DNA from: a bacterium
Lineage (GTDB): Bacteria > Zhuqueibacterota > Zhuqueibacteria > Oceanimicrobiales > Oceanimicrobiaceae
DNA: 15,523 nucleotides
Direction: 5' to 3'
Assembly: GCA_046757525.1 (NCBI GenBank)
Contig: JBHHYI010000096.1
Coordinates: 1 to 15,523 of the forward strand
Shown one piece after another: positions 1 to 8,147 of this stretch. The notes under the pieces are model-generated. The model saw nothing but the letters and a program-made list of their open reading frames with translations. It had not been told where the DNA came from and did not search any database. The position numbers were made by a program, and so were the translations under genes. Positions within the stretch are counted from its first letter, which is position 1. Each line of letters opens with the position of its first letter.

Positions 1-401
1 TGGAAATCGCGGAGAAGTTCAATGAGGGTCCGGTGGTCGTCAATGCCATTGCGTCTCACCACGAAGACGTCCCTACCACTTCACTCATATCGGTTCTGGT
101 TGGTGCTGCCGATTCCATCTCGGGCGCCAGGCCGGGAGCGCGCCGCGACACCTTAGACGGTTACATTCGGCGGATAGAAAATATCGAAAAGGTTGCCGAT
201 TCTTTTGATTTGGTAGCCAAGGCCTACGCGATTTCGGCAGGCAGAGAAGTTCGGGTGATGGTTAAGCCGGAAAAAGTAAACGATGCGGAGGCGACCCTCT
301 TAGCCAGGGATATTGCTCAGAAGATTCATACGGACTTGGAATATCCCGGACAAATCAAGGTGACGGTTATTCGGGAAACTCGCGCGGTCAGTTACGCCTA
401 A
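1..401 (+). CDS. rny: Ribonuclease Y, 3' part (gene starts upstream of the window)
   Basis: Frame is open from position 3 (EIAEKFNEGPVVVNAIASHHED). It contains the end of the HD domain (AIASHHED...AADSISGARPGAR) and the characteristic RNase Y C-terminus (AYAISAGREVRVMV...YPGQIKVTVIRETRA). Confidence 0.96.
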   Translation, partial: EIAEKFNEGPVVVNAIASHHEDVPTTSLISVLVGAADSISGARPGARRDTLDGYIRRIENIEKVADSFDLVAKAYAISAGREVRVMVKPEKVNDAEATLLARDIAQKIHTDLEYPGQIKVTVIRETRAVSYA

Positions 402-632
402 ATAGTACCTGACTGAAAACTCAAAAAATGGAAGTTTGGCAGAGCGCAGCGGAGGAGAAATGGTGTTCGACACGTGCTTGCAGTTTGGTTGCTTAGCCAG
501 ATTTCAACCTTGCTTCTGAGGTCCAAATGACCCGTCCGAAGAAGAGGGTTCGGTCACTTCGATAGGGGCGAGGCTCCAGGTTCCGGCACGCAATTGGGGA
601 ATTACAATGGATTACAAACAAGGAGTAACATT

Positions 633-1088
633 ATGAATAAGAAAAGACTCAAGATTGCTTTTTCCTTTGCTGTCGTCATTGGTGTTTTATCCTGGTTGTT
701 GATCTCAGGGTTTGACGGGAACATGCAATACTACATAAAAATAAAAGAAGTCATGGCAATGGGGGCAAAAGCTGAGACAACAGGACTTCGCGTTAAAGGC
801 AAACTGGTTTCCGGTTCATTGCAGAAGATCGACGAAAAAAAATTGGAGTATAGTTTTGCGATTGCCGACGAAGATCAAGAAATGAAGGTCCACTATCACG
901 GCATTCTGCCCGACACCTTTAAAGACGGTGCTGAAGTCATCGTTGAGGGCAAGTTGTCTCCTCAAGGCTACTTCGCAGCTCAAACGGTATTGGCCAAGTG
1001 TCCTTCAAAATATGAAAGTTCCGCAGAGTATGGCGACGTGGACTCTTACCAAAATAATACCGGTGACGCGCCGGAAGGCACGAATTAA
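633..1088 (+). CDS. ccmE: Cytochrome c maturation heme chaperone CcmE, CxxxY (System I*) variant
   Basis: N-terminal TM anchor, motifs LRVKG, YHGILPDTFKDGAEVIVEG and LAKCPSKY. Start placed at ATG 633 behind the AGGAG RBS (621-625) rather than TTG 594. Lies directly upstream of ccmF. Confidence 0.93.
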   Translation: MNKKRLKIAFSFAVVIGVLSWLLISGFDGNMQYYIKIKEVMAMGAKAETTGLRVKGKLVSGSLQKIDEKKLEYSFAIADEDQEMKVHYHGILPDTFKDGAEVIVEGKLSPQGYFAAQTVLAKCPSKYESSAEYGDVDSYQNNTGDAPEGTN

Positions 1089-1105
1089 GAAAAGGTCTGA
1101 CTATT

Positions 1106-3160
1106 ATGGTTGCGAATGGACACTATGTTTTGATATTAGCGTTAGGTTGTGCTTTTTATTCGGTGTTTGCTTCGGTGCTGGGGGCACGAAAAGATCGGGA
1201 TGACTTGATTCGATCCGGGGAAAATGCGTTATTCGGCGTCACCATCTTGCTGTCCCTGGCCATGCTTTTGTTGTTGAAATCCTTCCTTGCTCACGATTTC
1301 CACAATGAATACGTGGCCAGTTACTCCAACAGAGCCATGCCTACCTTCTACGTGGCGGCTTCATTGTGGGGCGGCCAGCAAGGTTCCTTGCTCTTCTGGG
1401 GTTGGATCCTGTCTTTGTATGCCGCCTTGACGGTTTACATGAATCGCTACAAAAACCGCCAATTGATGCCTTACGTGGTAGCCACCCTGATGGCCGGTGC
1501 TTTCTTTTTTATTTTGTTGAACGTATTTATCTCACAACCGTTTTCCATGCTGTGGCAATTGAGCGATGGGCGTGTGGTCGGCAATGTGGTGCAGCCGGCT
1601 AATTCGATGGCATTCATAGCAGCCGATGGCCGGGGATTAAATCCCTTGCTGCAACATCCCGCCATGGTTATTCACCCGCCAATTCTCTATTTGGGTTTTG
1701 TCGGCTTTAGCATTCCCTTTGCTTTCGCTATCGCAGCCCTAATTTCCGGTAAGTTGGACAATCAATGGCTGAAAACGATACGTCGCTGGACCATCGTTCC
1801 ATGGTTTTTCCTGGGTATGGGCATGTTGTTGGGCGGCAAATGGGCCTATATGGAACTGGGCTGGGGCGGGTATTGGGCCTGGGATCCGGTGGAAAACGCG
1901 GCCCTAATGCCATGGCTCGTCGGCACCGCGTTCATCCATTCGACCATGATTCAAGAGAAAAAGAACATGCTGCGGGTGTGGAACATGGTGCTCATTCTCT
2001 TGACTTACACTCTGTGCATCTTTGGAACTTTTATCACTCGCAGCGGCGTCATTTCATCCGTGCATTCCTTTGCGCTTTCTAATATCGGGCCCTTCTTCGC
2101 AGGTTATATTGGCCTCATAGTCCTTGTTTCCATAGTATTAGTGGTCAAAAGAGTGCCAGCGTTGAGAACGACCACCCATTTCGATGCCGTAGTGTCGAGA
2201 GAATCCGCTTTCCTCATGAACAACTTTGTCTTTTTAATCGCCTGTCTGGCCGTTTTGTGGGGCACGGTTTTTCCCATTGTTTCCGAAGCCGTCCGGGGCG
2301 TCAAAGTGACCGTGGCCGAACCTTTCTTCAACTCGGTGATGGTTCCCATCGGTTTGTTCTTGCTGTTTCTTACCGGGGTCGGCCCATTGGTTGCCTGGAG
2401 GAAAACGAGTTCAAAATTCTTAAAGAAGATTTTTCTGCTTCCGACGCTCGTCGCTTTAGCAGGTTTGGGCGTCCTGTTCTTGCTGGGAATTCGGCATTTT
2501 TACGCGCTGCTATCTTTTGCGTTGGCTATTTTCGTGACAGCAACTATTGTTGCTGAATACCACCGCGGGGCCATAGCGCGAATGAAAAGCCACGGTGAGA
2601 ACTATGCCTTAGCTTTGTGGCGTTTGTTGCAAAGAAATAAACGCCGATATGGCGGCTACATCGTCCATTTCGGAATGGTCGTGTTGTTCATTGGTTTTAC
2701 AGGCCGGGCTTTTCACACAGAAAAAGAGCAGCACCTTAAGCCTGGTGAAGCCATGCAAGTTAGGAATTACAAATTGGTCTACACGAACTTTAGCACCATG
2801 AGCGACCCCAACAAAATCGTTTGGCAAGCCGAGATGAATGTTTTCAAAGATGGCAAGAGGGTGGACACCATCTATCCTAACAAGCACTTTTACCGGGTGC
2901 AGGAACAGCCCACGACAGAGGTTGTGCTGCATCAAACTTTGTTGGAAGACTTATATGTGGTGTTGGCGCAACCCAACGAAGACAAGAGCGCTATCTTCAA
3001 AGTCTATATTAACCCTCTGGTAAATTGGGTCTGGATTGCTGGCTTTATTGTGGTGATTGGAACTTTTGTTATCTTGTTGCCGGATCCAAAAGTATCAGGC
3101 CAAAAGGTTTCTCAACGCGAGCAAAAACGACGCAGGCCTGTCCAGGATGGAGTCGCTTAG
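1106..3160 (+). CDS. ccmF: Cytochrome c heme lyase CcmF/NrfE family subunit
   Basis: 684 aa polytopic membrane protein with WGGQQGSLLFW, GLNPLLQHP, IHPP, the WWD motif WGGYWAWDPVENA, TRSG..SVHSFA, VHFG and NPLVNWVW. The four conserved His contexts are all present. Confidence 0.97.
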   Translation: MVANGHYVLILALGCAFYSVFASVLGARKDRDDLIRSGENALFGVTILLSLAMLLLLKSFLAHDFHNEYVASYSNRAMPTFYVAASLWGGQQGSLLFWGWILSLYAALTVYMNRYKNRQLMPYVVATLMAGAFFFILLNVFISQPFSMLWQLSDGRVVGNVVQPANSMAFIAADGRGLNPLLQHPAMVIHPPILYLGFVGFSIPFAFAIAALISGKLDNQWLKTIRRWTIVPWFFLGMGMLLGGKWAYMELGWGGYWAWDPVENAALMPWLVGTAFIHSTMIQEKKNMLRVWNMVLILLTYTLCIFGTFITRSGVISSVHSFALSNIGPFFAGYIGLIVLVSIVLVVKRVPALRTTTHFDAVVSRESAFLMNNFVFLIACLAVLWGTVFPIVSEAVRGVKVTVAEPFFNSVMVPIGLFLLFLTGVGPLVAWRKTSSKFLKKIFLLPTLVALAGLGVLFLLGIRHFYALLSFALAIFVTATIVAEYHRGAIARMKSHGENYALALWRLLQRNKRRYGGYIVHFGMVVLFIGFTGRAFHTEKEQHLKPGEAMQVRNYKLVYTNFSTMSDPNKIVWQAEMNVFKDGKRVDTIYPNKHFYRVQEQPTTEVVLHQTLLEDLYVVLAQPNEDKSAIFKVYINPLVNWVWIAGFIVVIGTFVILLPDPKVSGQKVSQREQKRRRPVQDGVA

Positions 3161-3278
3161 ATGCCGCTTCGTTTTCCCGTCCAAAATCAATCGCAATCCG
3201 GGTTTCCAACAACGGTAAGTCAGTTTCAAAAGCGGCACTCAAGTACAAACTTTTTTACGGAAATCCGCAGGGTGAATC

Positions 3279-4004
3279 ATGCGCAAATTGAGACTTGCCA
3301 CCCTCTCATTAGTGGTCGTTGGTGCCGCAACTGTCTCGTACGCCGACGTCAATTTTGAGCAGATTACTTTTCAGCAGGCCATTGAAAAGGCAAAACGGAC
3401 CGACCAATTTGTTATGATCGATTTTTATACGGATTGGTGTGTGCCTTGTAAGGAGCTGGACAGGCACATATTTAAAGATACCACGATAGGGCGTTTCATA
3501 AATCAGAGATTCATTGCTGTCAAGATCAATGCGGAAAAAGAAGATGGACTCGTGCTGATGCAGAAATATCAGCTTATTAAAGCTTATCCTACTGTGTTAC
3601 TCTTAAATTCAGAAGGGAAGGAAATCGACAGAATAGTCGGGCTTTTTGGAAAAGAGGATTATTTCCAGACACTTCGAGATTATGCTGAGGGGGAAAATAC
3701 GTTTTCAGCTTTGTTGTCGCAGTTAGAGAATGACGAGGACAATCCAGAGTTGTGGTTCAAAGTTGCTAAGAAATATAAAGATAGGGGGAACTCGCAGAAA
3801 GCCGTCGAGTATTTCGAGAAGGCCTCATCCTATGAGCCGTATGTCAATGACGTAATTCTTTGGTGGAGTCTTGGTGGATCCTATTATGGGTTATCAGAAT
3901 TTGAAAAAGCTGCAAAAGCCATCCGCAAAGCCATCCAACTAGAACCCGACAACCCTTACCTAAAGAAGTTCTTGGACAAGTTAGAAACAGAATTAAATAA
4001 ATAG
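3279..4004 (+). CDS. Secreted thioredoxin-fold (WCVPC) protein with C-terminal TPR repeats
   Basis: Signal-peptide-like N-terminus (MRKLRLATLSLVVVGAATVSYA|D), thioredoxin motif IDFYTDWCVPCK, cis-Pro loop YPTVLLL, then TPR-like helices (PELWFKVAKKY...AVEYFEKA; LWWSLGGSYYGLSEFEKAAKAIRKAIQLEPDN). Confidence 0.88.
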   Translation: MRKLRLATLSLVVVGAATVSYADVNFEQITFQQAIEKAKRTDQFVMIDFYTDWCVPCKELDRHIFKDTTIGRFINQRFIAVKINAEKEDGLVLMQKYQLIKAYPTVLLLNSEGKEIDRIVGLFGKEDYFQTLRDYAEGENTFSALLSQLENDEDNPELWFKVAKKYKDRGNSQKAVEYFEKASSYEPYVNDVILWWSLGGSYYGLSEFEKAAKAIRKAIQLEPDNPYLKKFLDKLETELNK

Positions 4005-4127
4005 CCCAAAAAACCAAAGGTGCTTTAAGTTGCAAAAAGATGGACCCGCACACCTTCCAGTTACATTAGACAGGCTCGAACCCACCTCTTAATCAGAACA
4101 ACTTTATCAGTTCCATTCATTTTTTGC

Positions 4128-4156
4128 TTGACAATCACTTCGTAAATCTCTATATT
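4128..4156 (+). promoter_or_regulatory. Sigma70-type promoter of the Fe-S operon
   Basis: TTGACA (4128-4133), 17-bp spacer, TATATT (4151-4156), with a T-tract upstream. RBS AAGGAG at 4181-4186 precedes ATG 4192. Confidence 0.85.
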
Positions 4157-4181
4157 AAATCCGACTGATATGGTCGCATTA
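4157..4181. promoter_or_regulatory. Putative Rrf2/IscR-type operator overlapping the transcription start
   Basis: AAATCCGACTGATATGGTCGCATTA is an imperfect palindrome (AATCCGAC-N7-GTCGCATT). It has the YYGACT-RWWWY-xGTC core of the IscR type-1 box. Confidence 0.65.
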
Positions 4182-4191
4182 AGGAGTTGTC

Positions 4192-4626
4192 ATGCTTAGG
4201 ATAACCAAGAAAGCTGAATATGGCATTATCGCACTAAAACACATGCTGCACAAGCCCATAGGCTCGGTTACCAGGGCCAGGGAAATTGCTGAAGCGTATA
4301 GGATTCCGTCCGAAATCATGGCCAAGATACTGCAAGAACTAACTCGCAAAGGAATTATTGAGTCGTGTCAGGGCGCCAAAGGAGGCTATATTTTAGCGAA
4401 ACAGGGCAGTGAGATTTCGCTGGCTGAAATCGTCGAAGCGCTTGAAGGGCCGCTTGGCATTGTTGAATGTGTGTCGGACGTCAATTGTAATTGCACGCAG
4501 TTTGACACTTGTAACATAAGCGATCCCTTTCAGATCATTCAGAAACAATTCAAGATATTCTTAGCCAAAATCTCTTTGGAAGCGATCAGTAATGAAATGG
4601 AGATGCAACGAGTCGCATGGCACTGA
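4192..4626 (+). CDS. Rrf2-family Fe-S-sensing transcriptional regulator (IscR/SufR-like)
   Basis: N-terminus MLRITKKAEYG, wing motif GAKGGYIL, ISLAEIVEALEG, and Cys cluster C93-X5-C99-X-C101-X5-C107. First gene of an Fe-S assembly operon. Confidence 0.92.
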   Translation: MLRITKKAEYGIIALKHMLHKPIGSVTRAREIAEAYRIPSEIMAKILQELTRKGIIESCQGAKGGYILAKQGSEISLAEIVEALEGPLGIVECVSDVNCNCTQFDTCNISDPFQIIQKQFKIFLAKISLEAISNEMEMQRVAWH

Positions 4627-5777
4627 CGCAACAAATATACCTCGATAACCACGCAACGACACCGTGTGATCCCCGTGTGGTGGAGGCCATGCTGCCTTAT
4701 TATTGCGAAAAGTTTGGCAATCCGGCCAGTCGTGCGCATGCCTTCGGTTGGGATGCCGAAGAAGCCGTGGAGGAAGCGAGACAAAAAGTTGCCGAGCTCA
4801 TCGGTGCCCGACCCAAGGAGATCATTTTTACCAGTGGGGCCACCGAATCCAACAATCTGGCCATTAAGGGCGTAGCTGCGGCTAATGGTTTTGAGGGAGA
4901 AATCATTACGGTCAGCACTGAGCACGTGTCGATTTTGGATTGCTGTGGCAGGCTACAAAAACAGGGCCTAAAGATAACCCGGTTGCCTGTAGACAAATTT
5001 GGCATGATAGATTTGGCTCAACTGGAGGCGGCGATTAACGACGACACCATTTTGATTTCTGTGATGGCTGCAAACAACGAAATTGGCACTTTAGCGAATC
5101 TGGAAGAAATAGGAAATATCGCCAGGCGACGGGATGTTTTCTTTCATACGGATGCCGCCCAGGCTTTCGGCAAAATACCCCTGGATGTTGAAAAAATGAA
5201 CCTTAGCTTGCTTTCTTTTACAGCACACAAGATCTACGGCCCTAAAGGCACGGGCGGTTTGTATGTCAGAAGCCAAAATCCCAGAGTTCGCATTAGGAGT
5301 CTGCTGGACGGTGGAGGTCACGAGAGGGGCTTGCGCTCCGGCACGTTAAACGTCCCTGCGATTGTGGGAATGGGCAAGGCCAGCGAAATCTGTGCTATCG
5401 AAATGGCGAAGGAAGCCAACTTCTTAAAGGAGCTTACACAGCGTCTGGAAAGCAACTTGAGAGCAGCCCTTGGCCAGGTCGTTGTGAACGGCCATCCGAC
5501 TCAGAGATTACCAGGCAACCTCAACGTCTGTATTCCTAATGTCGAGAGCCAGTCGTTGTTAGCCGCGTTGGGCAGGGAAGTGGCCTTTTCCAGCGGTTCG
5601 GCCTGCGCCGCTTACCAACCAGGACCGTCCCATGTTTTGCAGGCCATAGGATTGAGCGATGATTTGATTCGATCGTCGGTTCGTTTTGGAATCGGCAGAT
5701 TCAACTCTGCAAACGATGTCGACCTGGCTGCTGAAAGCATTGCTCGTGTTGTGCATCACTACAAAAAGGCTTCTTGA
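4617..5777 (+). CDS. iscS: Group I cysteine desulfurase (IscS/NifS type)
   Basis: IYLDNHATTP, FGNPAS, FTSGATESNN, HTDAAQ, PLP-Lys motif TAHKIYGPKG, and catalytic SSGSAC. Overlaps the rrf2 stop. Confidence 0.92.
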   Translation: MALTQQIYLDNHATTPCDPRVVEAMLPYYCEKFGNPASRAHAFGWDAEEAVEEARQKVAELIGARPKEIIFTSGATESNNLAIKGVAAANGFEGEIITVSTEHVSILDCCGRLQKQGLKITRLPVDKFGMIDLAQLEAAINDDTILISVMAANNEIGTLANLEEIGNIARRRDVFFHTDAAQAFGKIPLDVEKMNLSLLSFTAHKIYGPKGTGGLYVRSQNPRVRIRSLLDGGGHERGLRSGTLNVPAIVGMGKASEICAIEMAKEANFLKELTQRLESNLRAALGQVVVNGHPTQRLPGNLNVCIPNVESQSLLAALGREVAFSSGSACAAYQPGPSHVLQAIGLSDDLIRSSVRFGIGRFNSANDVDLAAESIARVVHHYKKAS

Positions 5778-5836
5778 GAAAAGCGTTTAGCCAAAGGAAC
5801 AGAAAACGTACGATACTACTATTTTGGAGGTTTGCA

Positions 5837-6163
5837 ATGATTACCGTAACCACTAAGGCTGTTGCCGAAATCAAGAAACTCCTGGAACAGGAAGACACTG
5901 ACGGACTCATAGGTCTGCGCGTGGGCGTCAAAGGCGGTGGTTGTTCGGGGCTTTCATACTATTTGGACTTTGCCAAGGAGGCCAGAGAAGGAGACAAGAT
6001 CATCGAGACCGACGGAATCAAGGTCTTGCTCGACCCCAAAAGCGCTTTGTACTTGAAGGGAACAGAACTGGACTTTAGCGATGGGTTGAACGGAACCGGC
6101 TTCACCTTTAGGAATCCCAACGCACAAAGAACCTGTGGCTGCGGCAGCAGTTTTTCAGTTTAA
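5837..6163 (+). CDS. iscA: A-type Fe-S carrier (IscA/SufA/HesB family)
   Basis: GVKGGGCSGLSY and FRNPNAQRTCGCGSSF motifs. Start placed at ATG 5837 behind GGAGG (5826-5830), not TTG 5774. Confidence 0.93.
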   Translation: MITVTTKAVAEIKKLLEQEDTDGLIGLRVGVKGGGCSGLSYYLDFAKEAREGDKIIETDGIKVLLDPKSALYLKGTELDFSDGLNGTGFTFRNPNAQRTCGCGSSFSV

Positions 6164-6597
6164 TGTGGGAAGGACCGGTTGCACAAATGGAGCAACAAAG
6201 ACAAATCAAGTATCGAAACAGCAAGCAACGACACAAGATCTTAGAGATATTGAGATCCACCAGGAGTCATCCCACAGCGACCTGGATTTATGAAAAACTC
6301 AGGGCAGATTTTCCTGCGCTGAGTTTGGGTAATGTTTACAGGAATCTCAATATACTCGTTGAGCAAGGGTTAATTCACGAGTTGAAATTCGGCAGTACTT
6401 TTGACCGGTATGACGGCAACGTTGAGCCACACTACCATTTCATTTGCGAGGTCTGTGGTTTGATTACAGACCTCGACCTCGAGCACCAGAAGGGCTTAGA
6501 CCAAAGGGTTGAAGAAATGGCCAATTTTCGCGTTGATCACCACCGGCTGGAGTTCTACGGACATTGCGAAAGCTGTCGCGCGGCCAGACTTAGCTAA
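6163..6597 (+). CDS. perR: Fur-family regulator, PerR-like
   Basis: HPTA, LSLGNVYRNL, RYDG, HYHFICEVCG, ITD and C-terminal CESC match the PerR His/Asp/His/His/Asp regulatory site plus two CxxC Zn motifs. TAATG overlap with iscA; ATG 6187 is an alternative start. The Fur family is certain, the subfamily less so. Confidence 0.8.
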   Translation: MWEGPVAQMEQQRQIKYRNSKQRHKILEILRSTRSHPTATWIYEKLRADFPALSLGNVYRNLNILVEQGLIHELKFGSTFDRYDGNVEPHYHFICEVCGLITDLDLEHQKGLDQRVEEMANFRVDHHRLEFYGHCESCRAARLS

Positions 6598-6635
6598 TAA
6601 GCTATTATATTATAAATACCTAAGGGAGTGTTTAG

Positions 6636-8081
6636 ATGAGCACTGAACAGGAAACCATTGAACAATACACGAACACCGAATACAAATGGGGCTTCACAAG
6701 CGACATCGACACTGATATTGCCCCGAAGGGTCTCAACGAAGATATCGTTCGCCTGATTTCAGCCAAAAAAAACGAACCGGAGTGGATGCTGGAATGGCGC
6801 TTGCGGGCTTACCGGCACTGGCTGACCATGAAGGAACCCACATGGCCCAACGTCCACTATCCACCCATCGATTACCAGGATGCTTACTATTACGCGGCTC
6901 CGAAGCAAAAAAAGCAGTTGGAGAGCTTGGACGAGGTGGACCCCAAGATTCGCGAAACATTTGAAAAACTGGGGATTCCTCTGGAAGAACAAAAGCGTTT
7001 GTCCGGGGTTGCAGTGGACGCCGTGATGGACAGCGCTTCGGTGGCTACCACCTTCAAGAAGGAGCTGGCGGAACGGGGCATCATCTTTTGCTCTTTTTCA
7101 GAGGCCGTGCAGAACCATCCCGAATTGGTGCGCAAATATATGGGCTCGGTCGTGCCGTACACCGACAACTTTTACGCCACGCTCAATTCGGCGGTATTTA
7201 GCGACGGCTCCTTTTGCTACATTCCCAAAGGTGTGCGCTGTCCCATGGAGTTGTCCACTTATTTCCGCATCAACGCCTCGAACACGGGACAATTTGAAAG
7301 AACCCTCATCATCGCTGAAGAAGGCGCCTACGTGAGCTATTTGGAGGGCTGCACCGCACCCATGCGCGACGAGAATCAATTGCACGCGGCGGTGGTTGAA
7401 CTCATAGCGCACAAGGACGCTGAAATCAAATACTCCACAGTACAGAACTGGTACCCGGGTGACGAAAACGGCAAGGGCGGCATTTACAACTTTGTGACCA
7501 AGCGCGGCATTTGTCTGGGCCGTAATGCCAAGATCTCCTGGACGCAAGTGGAAACGGGATCCGCGATTACCTGGAAATATCCCAGCGTCATTTTGAAGGG
7601 GGACCATTCCGTTGGCGAGTTTTATTCGGTAGCGTTGACCAACAACTATCAGCAGGCCGACACCGGCACCAAAATGATTCATCTGGGCAAGAACACCAGC
7701 AGCACCATCGTGTCCAAAGGCATCTCTGCCGGTCACAGCAACAACTCCTACCGCGGCCTGGTTCGAGTAGCGAGGAAAGCTGAGAACGCGCGCAACTTCT
7801 CCCAATGCGACTCTCTTCTCATCGGCGACAAGTGTGGGGCCCACACCTTTCCGTACTTAGAAGTGAACAACAACTCTGCCAGAATTGAGCACGAGGCCAC
7901 CACCACCAAGATAGGGGAGGACCAGGTATTCTATTGCAACCAGCGCGGTATTGACACTGAAAACGCTATCGGACTCATCGTCAATGGGTACTGTAAAGAG
8001 GTGTTCCGCGAGCTGCCCATGGAATTTGCCGTTGAAGCCCAGAAGCTATTGGCCATTAGTTTAGAAGGCAGTGTGGGGTGA
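6636..8081 (+). CDS. sufB: Fe-S cluster assembly scaffold SufB
   Basis: [62 protein letters not shown], and C-terminus LPMEFAVEA...LEGSVG. Confidence 0.98.
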   Translation: MSTEQETIEQYTNTEYKWGFTSDIDTDIAPKGLNEDIVRLISAKKNEPEWMLEWRLRAYRHWLTMKEPTWPNVHYPPIDYQDAYYYAAPKQKKQLESLDEVDPKIRETFEKLGIPLEEQKRLSGVAVDAVMDSASVATTFKKELAERGIIFCSFSEAVQNHPELVRKYMGSVVPYTDNFYATLNSAVFSDGSFCYIPKGVRCPMELSTYFRINASNTGQFERTLIIAEEGAYVSYLEGCTAPMRDENQLHAAVVELIAHKDAEIKYSTVQNWYPGDENGKGGIYNFVTKRGICLGRNAKISWTQVETGSAITWKYPSVILKGDHSVGEFYSVALTNNYQQADTGTKMIHLGKNTSSTIVSKGISAGHSNNSYRGLVRVARKAENARNFSQCDSLLIGDKCGAHTFPYLEVNNNSARIEHEATTTKIGEDQVFYCNQRGIDTENAIGLIVNGYCKEVFRELPMEFAVEAQKLLAISLEGSVG

Positions 8082-8147
8082 CCGATCGGATTCATCTGGT
8101 CGAAAAACAACCAACAAGGTTCAAAAACAAGGAGACAGAATACGAAT

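Noticed and set aside
402..632. 6S RNA or another known ncRNA next to rny
   Set aside because: 6S RNA normally lies upstream of rny, and I find no long rod-like self-complementarity here, only short weak hairpins.
3161..3358. 65-aa ORF starting right after the ccmF stop, as a possible ccmH remnant
   Set aside because: No LRCxxC motif or TM segment, no protein-like features, and it overlaps the Trx-TPR gene in another frame.
4005..4127. Terminator or tRNA between the Trx-TPR gene and the Fe-S promoter
   Set aside because: No stable stem with a U-tract. GGCTCGAACCC resembles a tRNA T-arm on the minus strand, but no cloverleaf can be built around it.
7098..7844. 248-aa antisense ORF, and the other alternative-frame ORFs inside ccmF, iscS, suf, crotonase and ALDH genes
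   Set aside because: These are shadow ORFs lying within well-conserved genes, with no recognisable motifs.
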